A DNA stretch of 64,000 nt from Blepharisma stoltei ATCC 30299 (GCA_965603825.1 CBFDEM010000002.1:310001-374000); one strand, 5' to 3'; shown: positions 35,274 to 47,614, counted from the stretch's first letter. Numbers and translations: made by a program. The notes: a model not told the origin generated them from the letters alone.

Positions 35274-37364
35274 TTATATTACAGAAGTTTTATTAAGATG
35301 GGATGAATCTAAAAATCCTAGCTCACTTGTAATATTATTGATCTCAATCATTTTCTTTTTAAGGAAACTGCTTTTAGTTGAGGAAGGTGTTGATTTCACT
35401 GTTTTCCTTTTTCTAATTTTAGGTCGCAATTTAGGCTGTGAGAAATCACGCTTTAGAGTTGCAGTTTGATTTCTAAATGGCATTGATTCACTTCTTTTGA
35501 GTAAAAAACTATGCGCCAAATTCTCTGAAATTTTTGGAGCTGCTTGTGGGTTAATTTCTTCCAATAAATCATCAATTTGTTTTTGCTTCATTTCTTTATG
35601 CTTAGCTGCTCTAACTGCTTTTTGGTACTGAGATAAATTTCCTTTATCTTTTAATGTATAAGTTTTATAACAATTTCGGCACACAGGAACTCTTTCATAA
35701 AGCCTGGGGTTCAGCATCTTCGACAATTCTTTTTCTTCATTTTTATCATCTATCATCGCTCCTCTCAAAATCATGAATTTTCCACTTTTATCTTGATCTC
35801 CAGGGATATTAAATGAGTCAGATTGAGAATCCGAAATCAAATTAGAGCAATGCTCGCCTTGACAAATGAAATTTAAATTTTTTCCTTTAAGCTGCAAACT
35901 TTTGTGAATTTTTTGCTCACATTGGAAAGCTTTTATTTTTAAAAAATAAAAATTATTGAATTCGTCTTCAGCGAAATCCAGGACTAGCTGGCTGAGCCGC
36001 TGATTTTCTTTAGATAATAGAGAGGAGTTGATTCCTTTTCTTATTTCGTGAAGCTGCTTTATAGCTTTGTCATAGCTTTTGAGGGTCTTCATCTCATATA
36101 TTACTGATTTTTCAGGGTTGCTGAAATCAGTGCAATACATGTTTCTTAATTTGTTTGCAAAATAATTAGATAATTGGCTTCCATCAAATGGAAAATCTTC
36201 CTCGTCTTCGTTACGAGTTACCTTTGATAAGCTGTGATAAAGTTTTTTCAATGAAATTTGAGGAGGAGAACTAGGTATTGACTCTTTTATATAAGAAATC
36301 AAATCCTCATCAGCATTTTTTTCAGCATAAATAGCACTAGATGGCTTAATTGGGACTTTAGGGGTTGATGAATGATCTCATTTAAAATGGTCATAAAATC
36401 CCATAGAAGTATCAAGAAACTTTGATGAAAATTTTTTCGTTTTATCATCTGAGATATCATAGTCAAATTCCAATTTTTCTAAATCTTTTGTTTTTTGATC
36501 ATTTAAATGGGTCATCGATTTTATCCTCATTTCATGGGTTTTCTCATTCATTATCAATATCTCTACATTTTCTAAGGCTTTATTGTACTGCTCTTGATTC
36601 TTTACACTAACTTTTATATGATTTGTAAGAGGAACTCTATCATTTCCATACTTTTTTCTTATATCATTCACTTTGGTATAATAATAAACGCTGTCTAAAG
36701 GATTATGCTCCTTTTTTCCATCAAGTCTTTCAATATTCGTAATTTTGTACACTTTTATTTCTTTATTAGTCCATACGATTCTGATTTTGCACGATTTTCT
36801 CCCTTTTGGCAAAACATACCTTTGCACAATTAAATCTGTTTTATGTGCATTTTTTATTTCATATTTCAGCTCGCTTTCTCTCATTAAAATCCTATTAAAT
36901 TGGCTATTAGGAGCAATAATTATGCATAAAGGGCAAACAACGCCACTATGGTTACTAAATCTCCATGTTTCCAAAATTTGTATAAGTATATCAATTTGAG
37001 GAGGTAGTAGCCTTTGCTGGACTTGGAGCACTCCTTCTTCATTTGTGTATAGCAACGTAGGACTTTCAAAGCCATATCCAAAAATAAGTGTTTCGGGCAT
37101 ATTTGCATAGATTTTAGTGTGAGATGCAATTTCAGCGATTCCTTTATATGAGTGCAATCCTGTTTGTAGTAGTGAAGAAGGGTTGGAGTTTGCATCAAAT
37201 TTTATTTGTTGAATTATTTCCATTTCTCTCTGCTTAATTACTTCTTTTCCTGATTTAGATTTGGAAATTCATGTTCTCTTGATTTTAGCAGGAGATGAAA
37301 CTGAGGAGGTAGTTTGGCTTTTTCCAAGAATATCTGACACAAGATTCTTGCGATATGCAGCCAT
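35274..37364 (-). CDS. Uncharacterised protein with degenerate ATP-grasp-like motifs and Cys pairs
   Basis: Two long ORFs joined through TGA 36378, ATG 37364. MPETLIF, IVQRYVLPKG, LVLDFAEDEFNNFYFLKIK, CQGEHC and VCRNCY. Confidence 0.8.
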
Positions 37365-37365
37365 T

Positions 37366-37554
37366 TTATTGTTCTTCTATAAGTGTTACTTTGTTTAAGA
37401 TTTGGCTTTCATAGTTTGGATCTGTAAAGTTTTTTCTAACATATTGGTTTGCAGGGTGGATTTTTTTGACTCACTCAATAAGTCCTAAATGTTTCTTACG
37501 AGTGTCTAGTAGAGATTCTTTTTCTTTTAGTTCTTTAATGAAATGATCAACCAT
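37366..37554 (-). CDS. 62-aa upstream ORF, or first exon of the 35274-37364 gene
   Basis: ATG 37554 MVDHFIKELKEKE, one TGA. Its TAA ends 1 nt before the next ATG. A 16-nt intron at 37374-37389 would fuse the two in frame. Confidence 0.5.
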
Positions 37555-37697
37555 ATATTTTTATTTTATTTTTGAATTTTTTATTAAATGAACTCCAGAA
37601 AGCCATTGAGAAAGAGTGCTCTTCTAATAATCATGGATTGAAGATTATATATAAATAAATATATTTGTAATTAAATAATTTCTGTTTTAAAGAAATC

Positions 37698-39611
37698 ATG
37701 AGAAGAGGCAAAGTTACATCTAAAACCCCAGTGCACAGAGAAACAGAAGAAAATTCAACCTTAGAAGAGTGCGCCTCTGAAAGATTAATTGATGATAAGC
37801 CAAGAATTCAAGTCCAAGACAGGCAGCGGGATTATAATTCAAGATTAGAATTTGAAATAAAAGAAAAAGAAAGTGCCCTAGCTGGGCTAAAAGCAGAAAT
37901 AAGATCAAGACAAAGATTGATATCACAGCTATCAGATAAACCTGGAGAAACAGAAATCCAAGAAAAACTAAAACGACTTGAAGACGAAATCTATGTAAGA
38001 GATCGGCAAATTGAAGTTTTAAATGATAGAGTTATCGTACTTGACGCCAAGGTTAAAGAATTTGGATCTCAAACTTCAAGCAGCCAGAAAGATCAACTAA
38101 TAGAAAAACTTCAAGATGAGAGGAAGAAGCTCCAAATAGAGATAGAAAATGCTGAAGAAAAAATAAGAATTGGAGAAAATGTGCTTAAGGATGAACAAAA
38201 TAAATGATATAAAGAAAAAGAGCAGCTTTTATTGAACAACGAAACGTTGAGCGAGTCTATTGAAGCTGGAAAAACTGAAATTCTTCAAAAAGATAGCCAA
38301 TTAAACGATTTAAAGGTAGATGCTAAAAGGCTTGCAAGCATTATCAGTGAAATGTCTAAACTAAATACAGATTTAAATGAAAAATTAGATATTTTACACA
38401 CTCAGCTAGATGCATCTAGTAAGGAGTCATTTCAAGCTCGTTTGAAAATTCAGCAGATGGATGAATTGCAGGGAAATTTGGAGGAGTTGACAGCAGAAAA
38501 TTCTGAGTTAAAAAACAGGCTTAAAATAGTTACAAAGGAGCTAGAAATAACCCAAGCAAGCAAGGATAAATTGGAAATGCTCATATCTGATCAAGGAATA
38601 AAAATTGAAGATATTGAAGAAAGACTAAGAAGAGAGATAGAAAAATGTCTGCAATTGGAGCATAAGCTCCACACAACTGAGTTTTCATATCAAGGAGAAC
38701 TTCAAAGCATACAGAAAGCGTTAGAAATGACTTTAGCAGAGCTTGAAAGAGTTAAAAAACAATTGCAAGCTAGGGAAATTCAAGAAGAGCAAGAAAAAGC
38801 TGATAGGCTAAGGGAAGCTCAGACAAGCATAAGAAACCTGGAAGAAAAGCTAAGAGATGCCGAAAGAGAACATAAGTTTATGAAAGCACAAGAAGGCACT
38901 TTAAAAAGTAGAATTGAAAACTTAGAAAATGATTTAGAATCAAAAAAAAAATCCAGTGCCCTCAATGAAAATCAGCTAAACTCCAAAATAAAAGAACTTG
39001 AGGATGAATTGAAAAATAGCAAACAAAAACAATCCGAATTAAAAAAATCCCTCCAAAGCTTAGAGCTTGAATTATCCAAATCCCAAGCTCAATCCGTATC
39101 CTTATCCCATAGAATAGATGAACTCAAAAGCATGCAAGAAGTTTATATCCAAAGAAATGGACAACTAGAAGCATCTGCTAAAGCAGCAAAGCAAAAACTA
39201 GCATCATTAGAAAAAGAAAAAAGTGATTGGGAAACTTCCATGCTTCAAAAAGACGAAAAATTAAAAGAAATTTTATTCAAAATGAAAGCACAAGAAGCTG
39301 ATATTTGAAACCGCGATACCGAATTATTAAGAAAAGAAGGTGAAAAAATGAAAATGTCTCAAGAAATAGAAGAATTGAAAAAGAAGCTGCAGGAGCTTCA
39401 TGCGAAAATAAGAAGCATTGTAGCTGATGAACTTAAAGCAGTTAATGCGCAGCTAGAAATGAAAGATAATGAAATAGCAATTTTAAAAGATATGGTGAGA
39501 AGTCAGCAAACTCAGCTCAAACAAAAAGAAGGAGAAGTTTCAAGATATCGATCACAGCCTAAAAAAACAATAATAAAAAACCAAGACTCAGAAACGAAAA
39601 ATGATGTGTAA
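37698..39611 (+). CDS. Coiled-coil protein (637 aa)
   Basis: Three in-frame ORFs joined through TGA 38205 and 39306. Continuous heptads. Confidence 0.85.
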
Positions 39612-39685
39612 TAATTAGAGAATTCTATATTTCAAGATTAAAATATTTTAAATTTGCACAATTGTTATATTTCAGGTTAAAATAT

Positions 39686-40423
39686 TTAAAACTTGCCAAA
39701 GCAGCATGCTTTTTTGCAAGGTTTATTTTTGGTACTTTTTCTTACAATATTTTCCACGCTAGGAGATTTGCTTTCTTTCAAAACTTTGTCAAGTGTGTTG
39801 CTAGGCCATTCTTTATTCGCTAATAATTCAACTATTCGTGCATGCCTCCATCTTGCTGCTACTTCAATACATGTAACTTCTTCACTTCCAATGCTTGATG
39901 TAATAAGATGATCTGCGCCGCTATCAAGTAATAACTTGACTATATCATAATTCCCGTTCATGCTTGACAAATAAAGCGGCGTCATTCCTTGGCGGTTTCG
40001 TTTATTTAATAAAGATAGCGGATGATTACTCATTCTTAAATACCTATACGGGTCATTTTGAATTTCTTCTTTTAAATGCTCAATATCTTCAGGGGTCCCT
40101 CTTTCAAGACAATTAAATCAGCGTTGTTCTCTTCTCAGATCATTTAATGCTACTGAATAAGCTGAAGACCCTCGCCTTTCTGACTGTATTTTTCTATATT
40201 CGTGGTCTGTTGGGATTTTTTGAATTTCTCCTACTAGCTGTTCAGGGTCTTGACTAGAAACTACATCATGACATCTGAAAAGTGTAATAGCTCTAACTAC
40301 GTTTCGAAGTAAACTCCAATGATCTTTTCTTGGTGTAGATGTGCTTGACTGGTCATAAGGTGTTATTTCTGTGTCTTTACTTATAGAAATACTTATATTA
40401 TTTTCATCCAAAGTGTTGTCCAT
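39686..40423 (-). CDS. Ankyrin-repeat protein with C-terminal Cys cluster
   Basis: GMTPLYLSSMNGNYDIVKLLLDSGAD, VAARWRHARIVELL, ends KPCKKACCFGKF. One TGA at 40118. Confidence 0.88.
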
Positions 40424-40833
40424 TTGTTGATATTTAATAGAATATTTATTTATATATAGAGATACAAACAGAAAATAATTATATTCTAGGATTTGCTATA
40501 GAAAAATTGAGGCAGTATTAGCAATAAAAGGTATTTGATATTTTGTTTATATTATATATAATAAATAAACTTATATAGACAAAAAAAGCTAATATGTTGC
40601 GTAGCATATATAGGCACTTTAGGTGATAAAATGGATAAAATATTATCGTAGGTTAACTGAGCCTAATCATCTAATATTTCAAAAATAAGTCTTATAATAA
40701 TTTACTGGCTCATATTTTATAATAATAAAACACTACAATTTAAATAATTTTTAAACCCAGTCAACTAATTTCAAATCTTTAGAGACTATAAGTGCTTATC
40801 ATGCTTATCTCTCTAGAAGATACATAAAAAATA

Positions 40834-41433
40834 ATGAAATCATCGCTTATACACTCTAATTCTACAGAAAAGTCAAATAAAAAGCGAAAAATAGCTTGGC
40901 TAGCTAATAAGCACTTTCAAGAATGCCCAAAGCAAGAGAGGCACTTAGAAATGGGTCAAAGCAAAATTAAACGACAAATGACTTTTCCGCTGCAAACTCC
41001 GGCTTCAAGAAGTTTTTCAGTCCTCAAAAAAAGAGAAGATTTAAATTTCGTAAAAAATGAAACTAAATCAATCGAGCCACAAAAACTCCCAAAAATCTCA
41101 AGCCGCTCTCCAGAGCCATTTTCTCCAAAGCAAATTCAAATTTCTCTTTCAACAGATTCCTTTGAATCAGACTTTCAAAAATTAGAACTTCTCACAAGCA
41201 AAAACGACTTCGCAAGGCACAACTTATTATCCATCCAGCAGCAAATCATGGAATTAGGTGTTACACAAATAATCAAGGAAAGGTTTCCAGGCATAAAAGA
41301 AGACCAAAGCTACTTAAAAATTGAGGAAAACATTCCCCATAGCATTTATGATAACAAAGGCATCCACTTTATTTCCCCAAAAAAAGAACTATTCCCAGTT
41401 AGGAGAGCTTTTAAACTTCCTCCAATATGCTAA
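40834..41433 (+). CDS. Hypothetical protein
   Basis: 199-aa ORF with AT-rich flanks. Confidence 0.7.
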   Translation: MKSSLIHSNSTEKSNKKRKIAWLANKHFQECPKQERHLEMGQSKIKRQMTFPLQTPASRSFSVLKKREDLNFVKNETKSIEPQKLPKISSRSPEPFSPKQIQISLSTDSFESDFQKLELLTSKNDFARHNLLSIQQQIMELGVTQIIKERFPGIKEDQSYLKIEENIPHSIYDNKGIHFISPKKELFPVRRAFKLPPIC

Positions 41434-41448
41434 AATTAATTTCATAAA

Positions 41449-41650
41449 TTATCTTAGGTTATTCACATTCAAAATCATCAAATTGCTTGATTGTTCACTT
41501 TCCTCATGTTTTGGAAATAGTTTCCAGAACCTTAAGGTTTCATCTCCTGCTCTAGTCACAATATTTTCATGATTCGGTGACATTGAAATGGGGCAAAACT
41601 CTGCTTGAGTGTCCAGTCAGGACTCCAACTTGCTGCAGATGTGGATATTT
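41449..41650 (-). pseudogene. Frameshifted C-terminal fragment of a CDC20/FZR1 (Fizzy) APC/C activator
   Basis: KYPHLQQVGVLTGHSSRVL, then a +1 shift, then ISMSPNHENIVTRAGDETLRFWKLF...NNLR*. Last WD40 repeat plus IR/LR tail only. Confidence 0.85.
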
Positions 41651-41767
41651 TGCCAGCCCGGGCAATTTTATTAGAAGGCAACTGGTGAATTTTAATAAAG
41701 TCGCACAAAAGCGACTGAATTTTTTTAAAATCAGAAAAAAATTAGAATAATTAAAAGATAAATCCAG

Positions 41768-42349
41768 TTATTTAAATCTAGATTTCCTATTTTCTCTTGA
41801 TAAACCTGAGTCATCGACTACTTCTAGTGCAGCTTGCATGCAATTAGGACAATACCATCTTTCCGAACTATTCAACTGCCTCTCAATTTCACTATTGTGT
41901 AAGTTGATGCATTCCGGATGATACCAGTTCCCACAGAAACCTTCACATTTGAACATGATTTCTCCTTGGACATACGGTCTCTTGCAGATACAGTATAAGT
42001 CTGAGCCGTCAGTATTCTCCACAGCTACATTTTGATTCTCATTGGTCGTTTGGGGCTTTTCGTTGAGGTTTGGAAATTGTTTTTCCTGGTACGCGAATTT
42101 ATCGGGTCTGATGCTGTTCTTTTTGTGTGAAATTTCAAGATAAGCTTGGAGAGATTTTGAAAGAGTTTTGTAGTCAATACTTTTGATGTAAAATGTTTCG
42201 GGACTAAGCTCTTTTTGGAGGATGTTTTTTTGGGCAGAGGACTTGTATTTGTAGAGAATTTGGGGTTTTCCTTTGACGTGGGGTAGAGTGTGTTTCTTAG
42301 CTGGTTTTTCTTTTAGAATAGAAATGGGTGCTAAAGGCTGTTTCAGCAT
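41768..42349 (-). CDS. PHD-finger protein
   Basis: LYCICKRPY..MFKCEGFCGNWYHPEC...WYCPNC (C4HC3), with aromatic-cage residues Y, Y, M and W. Confidence 0.9.
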   Translation of the reverse strand: MLKQPLAPISILKEKPAKKHTLPHVKGKPQILYKYKSSAQKNILQKELSPETFYIKSIDYKTLSKSLQAYLEISHKKNSIRPDKFAYQEKQFPNLNEKPQTTNENQNVAVENTDGSDLYCICKRPYVQGEIMFKCEGFCGNWYHPECINLHNSEIERQLNSSERWYCPNCMQAALEVVDDSGLSRENRKSRFK

Positions 42350-42813
42350 AAATGGTATATTTAATGATTTATCGTGGGTGTAAAAAGGTATTAATAAAAA
42401 TATTATAAGAGATTTTATAATTAGTGAAGTTTGACAAATTTACTATGAAAATAAATTTGGCAACTTATAGTAAGGATATACTGACGATGATAATGCTTCT
42501 ATTGATGCATTTTTTATTTTTCTTATTTTAAATTTTTCATTCAGCAGAATATGTATCTATAAAACACTATTATAATTGATTAAATTGCATTTTCAACGTA
42601 AGATTAGCTGGATATTTATATAATAAAAAATAGAAATCCGTCAACAACACATTTATCTTATCAATGGATTTGGCGAGCAAAAATGAGAAATATGAAAAAC
42701 CAATATTAATTTGGGTTATTATATATTCAGATTATGCAGTAAATTACGAACACTATTCTTTTCGGTATAAATATGCCTTTTGCAAATTTAATATAATAAT
42801 AATCCAAAAATTA

Positions 42814-43356
42814 TTACTCTTTCTGTATCTTAAATACGTAAGGTGCTGGATCCGCTATTAAATCTCCATATCTAATATGATCAATCATCGTTTTCTGTTC
42901 TTCTCTACTTGCTTCACATTTACTTCTTAAATTTATTTTCTCTTTATTTAAAGACTCTATTCTTTCTTGATACTGCCTAATTAAATCTTCCATCACTTTA
43001 TTTTTCTTCTTTCTCCTTTCAAGTGTATTCTTCATAATCCGATAATTCGTCATCGCATTAAGAACTGTTTCCTTAATGCTGATGATTTCTTCTTCTAACG
43101 CTACCGTATGATAAAATTTCGATAAATTATTTTCCGTTTGAGTAAAATTTTCAGTAGATTCCCCAAGATTTTTTATATTATTTTCATTTCTAAGTGGCAA
43201 CGCTGATTCAAGCAGCTGTTTTACTCTCCTGCTTTCTTCAGCATTTTTTTTCATAATCCTCAAGACTTCTTCTTCTGTGTTTTGAAGTAAGCTTTCCAAC
43301 GACTTTTTCTCCTGCTTTAAAAGGTTAATTCTTTTGAGTACATATTCAGTGGACAT
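42814..43356 (-). CDS. Coiled-coil hypothetical protein
   Basis: 180-aa ORF with heptad pattern. Confidence 0.7.
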   Translation of the reverse strand: MSTEYVLKRINLLKQEKKSLESLLQNTEEEVLRIMKKNAEESRRVKQLLESALPLRNENNIKNLGESTENFTQTENNLSKFYHTVALEEEIISIKETVLNAMTNYRIMKNTLERRKKKNKVMEDLIRQYQERIESLNKEKINLRSKCEASREEQKTMIDHIRYGDLIADPAPYVFKIQKE

Positions 43357-43382
43357 TTACTAAAAATTTTGATATTAGATAA

Positions 43383-46300
43383 ATGCCTGGGCTGAATTCT
43401 ACACTACAACCATACATAGGTTTATCCAACCAAGGCGCCACTTGCTACATGAATAGTTTATTGCAAACGCTTTTTATGACTCCTGAATTCTGCTTAAGGT
43501 TATATCAGTGGAAATATGATGCAGAAAAGCATCAAAGCAAGGAAGACTGCATTCCGTATCAGCTGCAATTGCTATTTGCCAAGCTTCAGCTTAAAGAGTC
43601 AAGCTACGTAGAAACAACAGGACTTACTAAAAGTTTCCAATGGTCAATCCGTGAAAGCTTGCAGCAACACGACGTCCAAGAATTCTGCCGAGTTCTGTTT
43701 GATGCTGTTGAAGAAAGTGTGAAAGGGACTGACCAAGCCAAAATGATTACTGAGCTGTATGAAGGAACAATATTAGATTACGTCAGATGCTCACAGTGTG
43801 GCAATGAATCAAAAAAAGAAGATAAATTCCTCGACCTCAGCTTGACTGTAAAAAACGAGTTCGACCAAGTTTATAACGACAGTGTAGAAAAAGCTTTTAA
43901 TAGCTATCTGAAGCCAGAGATATTAAGTGGGGATAATAAGTATCTATGCGAAAAATGCCAAGCCAGAACAGACGCAGTAAAAGGGCTGAAATTTATGAAA
44001 TTGCCTTATATTTTGGTACTACAGCTAAAAAGATTTGACCTAGACTACACAACTCTGCAGAGAAAGAAATTGAATGATAAAGTCACATTTCCTCAAATTC
44101 TAAACATGAACCCTTTTATGAAAGGGGAAATATCTGGAGAGGAAGAAATAGCAGAAACAGAGTCTATGGATATTGAAGAATCAGAAGAAGAAAACTTGAT
44201 TTCTATAGCTCCTTTAGACATAGATGATAGAGTCCTACAAGTCAAAAAAATAGCAGAAGTTGAAAATATTGCTTATGATAGAGAAAAATATAGCCAAAAA
44301 TTAGATGCGATTGCCATTGAAAGACATAGGCAAATGGCTGTCGAAATCAGAGCAAAAAATAGAGAAAAACTAGTGAATCAGTATTTGGAGCAAGGAGAAG
44401 ACGTTTATGAATTGTTTTCTATTATGATTCATGCAGGATCTGCACTGGGAGGGCATTATTATGCATATATAAAATCATTTGACTCACAAAGATGGTTCAA
44501 TTTTAACGACACACAGGTCAAAGAAATTGACGAAAAAGATATAGAAAAGGTCTACGGAGGTACTTCTTCACCGTCATGGGGAGGCCATTATGGAGCAAAT
44601 GCTTATCTTTTAATGTATAGAAAAGTCCACCCAGCCAATATCACAAATGCTAGTGAAATTCAAATTCCTGACTATTTACTTCAAGAGCTGAAGAGTGAAA
44701 CAGAACAAAAACTTAAAGAACAACGAGAAAGGGAAGAAAAATTAATGCAGCTTCAGCTAAAAGTCTATTATTTATCAGAAGAAAAAAGTATCATTATCAG
44801 AAAAGATGCAACATTACATGATCTCAAAAGAAAAGTAATGGGAGAATTTCACGTGGAGGAGTTAAGAGATGAAGACACAAGACTAAGAAATTATAATGCC
44901 CTGCAAGATGTTTATTTAAATACATATACCGGCAAAGAGAACTGGACCATAGAGTCACTGATGATTTTGAATCATTATACTCTTGTGCTAGAAACAAAAG
45001 AACCTGATGAGGTTTTTGTTGATTATAACCCAAACCAATTTGCTGTTAAAGTGTATAGATGAAATCCTCTTTTAGCTGACATAAATTATAAGACTTTTGA
45101 ACAAAAATACAGAAACCCTACAAGGCTTCAAATCGAAAAATCAGGAAAATTAAGTGAACTTATGGCTCTTGTGCAAAGTGTCTTTGGTATCCCAATAGAA
45201 AGGCAGCTTTTGTACAGAAAAAGCAACTTAAAAAACAATTTCGCATTAGAAGAAATATCGATTCTCCAGCTCTATAGCAAAGTGCTTATGAGCCTAAAGG
45301 TAGTTGAAGGCACAGCACTACTGTTGGAAGAAAAATGCCAAGACGAATCTAATTGGAAAAAAGAGATGGAAAAGGAATCATACAAAATCGTATTAAAATT
45401 CAATTCGGTCAACTGTGGAAAATATGAAAATGAAATCATCATGGACAAAAGGCAACTGCTTAAAAACTTAAAGTGCTATATATCAAGCACAATAAATGTT
45501 CCAGAAGACCTCTTTTTGATGAAACGGGGTAGCATGAATGGGCATGAACTGAAAGATATGAACGCTACCTTATCTGCAGCTCATCTAAGCAATGGAAGTA
45601 TTGTACATGTTGAGCTAGGCAAACCTTCAAGGCCAGAAGAAATCCAAGTAGTTTTATCTTTGGCAGAATTTTCCAAAAGTGATGACCTAGACTCTGAATG
45701 TTTCCGATTTTTTTCATTGCAAGACTTTAAAGCTTCAAAAAATTCTACGACTTCAGAACTCAAAGAGATCATCTGCAAGCACACAAATAGTTTGTATCCT
45801 TCATTAGAATTAGTCCCGGAGCTAATCAGAGTTAGAGAAAAAAACATGAACCATCTTTTAAGGGTCATGACAGAAAATGATGTATTAAGCGACTTTCATG
45901 GGATAGAAAAAATTACCTTAGCTATAGAAATACTTACTCAGCCAGAAATCCTTCAAAATGAGCATATGATTGTTATGACTAGAATATGGTCTCCTTCCAC
46001 ATGGGAGCTGTCATTGCCAATAGAGCTTGTTATTAGCAGAAAGTCAAGAATTGATGAACTAGGGAAGCAAATTGCAAATACTTATGGCTTGAGTGAAAAA
46101 TACCTGCAAGTTTGTCTTGTCCCTTATGTTTATGCATTTGCGAGAGTAGATTTAATTAATGAAAGATGAATCGATATGGATGGAAATACTGCTCCAATAA
46201 GTGGGAGTCCGTTTTTTATTAATAAAGATGGAAGTCTATTGATGTAATACACATTTAGAGCCAGAAATTCTTTAGAAGAAATGAGAGAAATGACTCAAGA

Positions 46301-46445
46301 CGAAAAATACAGATTTTCTTATAAAAATTATGGAATTAAAAGCACAAGAAGTAAGAAATATTTAGCAACTGTCGCTCCTTATAAAGAAAAAGCAGTAAAA
46401 ATAACTGTGAAGAAGTCAAAAAATAACAATTCTGAAGACAAATAA
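43383..46445 (+). CDS. Ubiquitin-specific protease, USP47/USP40-like, with C-terminal ubiquitin-like domains
   Basis: Cys box GLSNQGATCYMNSLLQ, QHDVQEF, LKRFD, His box IHAGSALGGHYYAYIK, FND, NAYLLMYR. 2 TGA. 15-nt intron at 46244-46258. C-terminal KEKAVKI. Confidence 0.93.
46244..46258 (+). other. 15-nt intron GTAATACACATTTAG
   Basis: GT-AG, A at position 10. Removes an in-frame TAA and restores about 60 further codons. Confidence 0.88.
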
Positions 46446-46492
46446 TTGAAATTATAACTAAAAATTCGCAAAACAAATTAATTAAATAAAAT

Positions 46493-47365
46493 ATGAGAGC
46501 ACTTAGGCTCATTCGGCGCTTTAGCGATAAGCTTCCTGTGCCTAAAACTTTTGAAGAAGAAGAGTTGGCTGCTAAAGAAAAAATCTATGCAGAGAGAATA
46601 GAAGATGAAAAACTGAATTGAGAAATTATTTTTCCCAGTGTCCCAAAAGAAAATTCCCTTAGACCAGAATATAAAGACGATCTCCCTAGTCTCTTTGGAA
46701 AATCAGACGAAGAGGACACAACTGCATTTTTCCTTGAAGATACAAAAGAAGTCCAGTACATTTACTCTCCTGGCAAAGCTCTTGAATTTGACGAAAATGG
46801 CCTTGCTCTCATATTTGATAGCTCATCACGATTTTATTGACCTGAAAAACTGAAATATGGCTGAAGAGTTTCCGTTTTGGCATTATTTGGATTAGGCATA
46901 GCCATCCAGCCTTTTGCATATTCAAATATTCACATATTTTTAGGTTTATCACTGCCTTTTATAGCTCTCAGCCGATGTTTAATAGTTGACAAAATTTTCC
47001 TTACTAAAGATGGAAAACAAATTAAAGTGAATTATAGGAGATTTAAGTTCTTACCAAGAACGAAAACCATAGACATCAGCTCGTTCAAAGAGCCAAAAGG
47101 AGATGCATTTATTATTTGGGATGTGTATGAATTTCCTGATGATCTTAAAACATATAACGAAACAAGCTCAATGGAAAGAATTGCATTTGCGAAGTATATA
47201 AGCTGATGGTCATTTTTAATGCTCCCTAAGAAGCCTAAGTATGTTAACAGAGAGGTTCTTATTAACGCATTGAATGGGATTTTCATTGACCCGCAACAGC
47301 AAGGAAAAGAAGAGATCGAGCAGAGGTATTTTGTTTTGTATAAGAAAAATGAAAATAAGGCATAG
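46493..47365 (+). CDS. Probable mitochondrial inner-membrane protein (TMEM70/186/223-like hairpin)
   Basis: MRALRLIRRFS presequence-like start, two TM helices, then VDKIFLTKDGKQIKV. 4 TGA, TAG stop. Family assignment tentative. Confidence 0.7.
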
Positions 47366-47426
47366 TTACTAGACTATTTTAGGTAAATCCGACTAAAAGG
47401 CTCAAAAGGAATAATTTTATAATAAA

Positions 47427-47588
47427 ATGGGCTTGAGCTTAATTTTATTACTTTTGCTTCTCGCTTATTTTGTATCGTCATTTCATGACCCAGAGGGTCA
47501 TTACACTGGTGGGGGCAGTCATAAATTAACTGAAGATGGACATACACACGGAGCGTCAGCAAGTCATTGGAGATCAATTGAAATGTAA
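47427..47588 (+). CDS. 53-aa secreted His/Gly-rich peptide
   Basis: MGLSLILLLLLLAYFVSS-FHDPEGHYTGGGSHKLTEDGHTHGASASHWRSIEM*. Locally raised GC and AAA-ATG context. Below the track length cut-off. Confidence 0.6.
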   Translation: MGLSLILLLLLLAYFVSSFHDPEGHYTGGGSHKLTEDGHTHGASASHWRSIEM

Positions 47589-47614
47589 ATAATAATTCCT
47601 TTAATTGAAAAATA

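Noticed and set aside
42664-42861. 65-aa + strand ORF
   Set aside because: Very AT-rich, and it overlaps the 3' end of the - strand gene.
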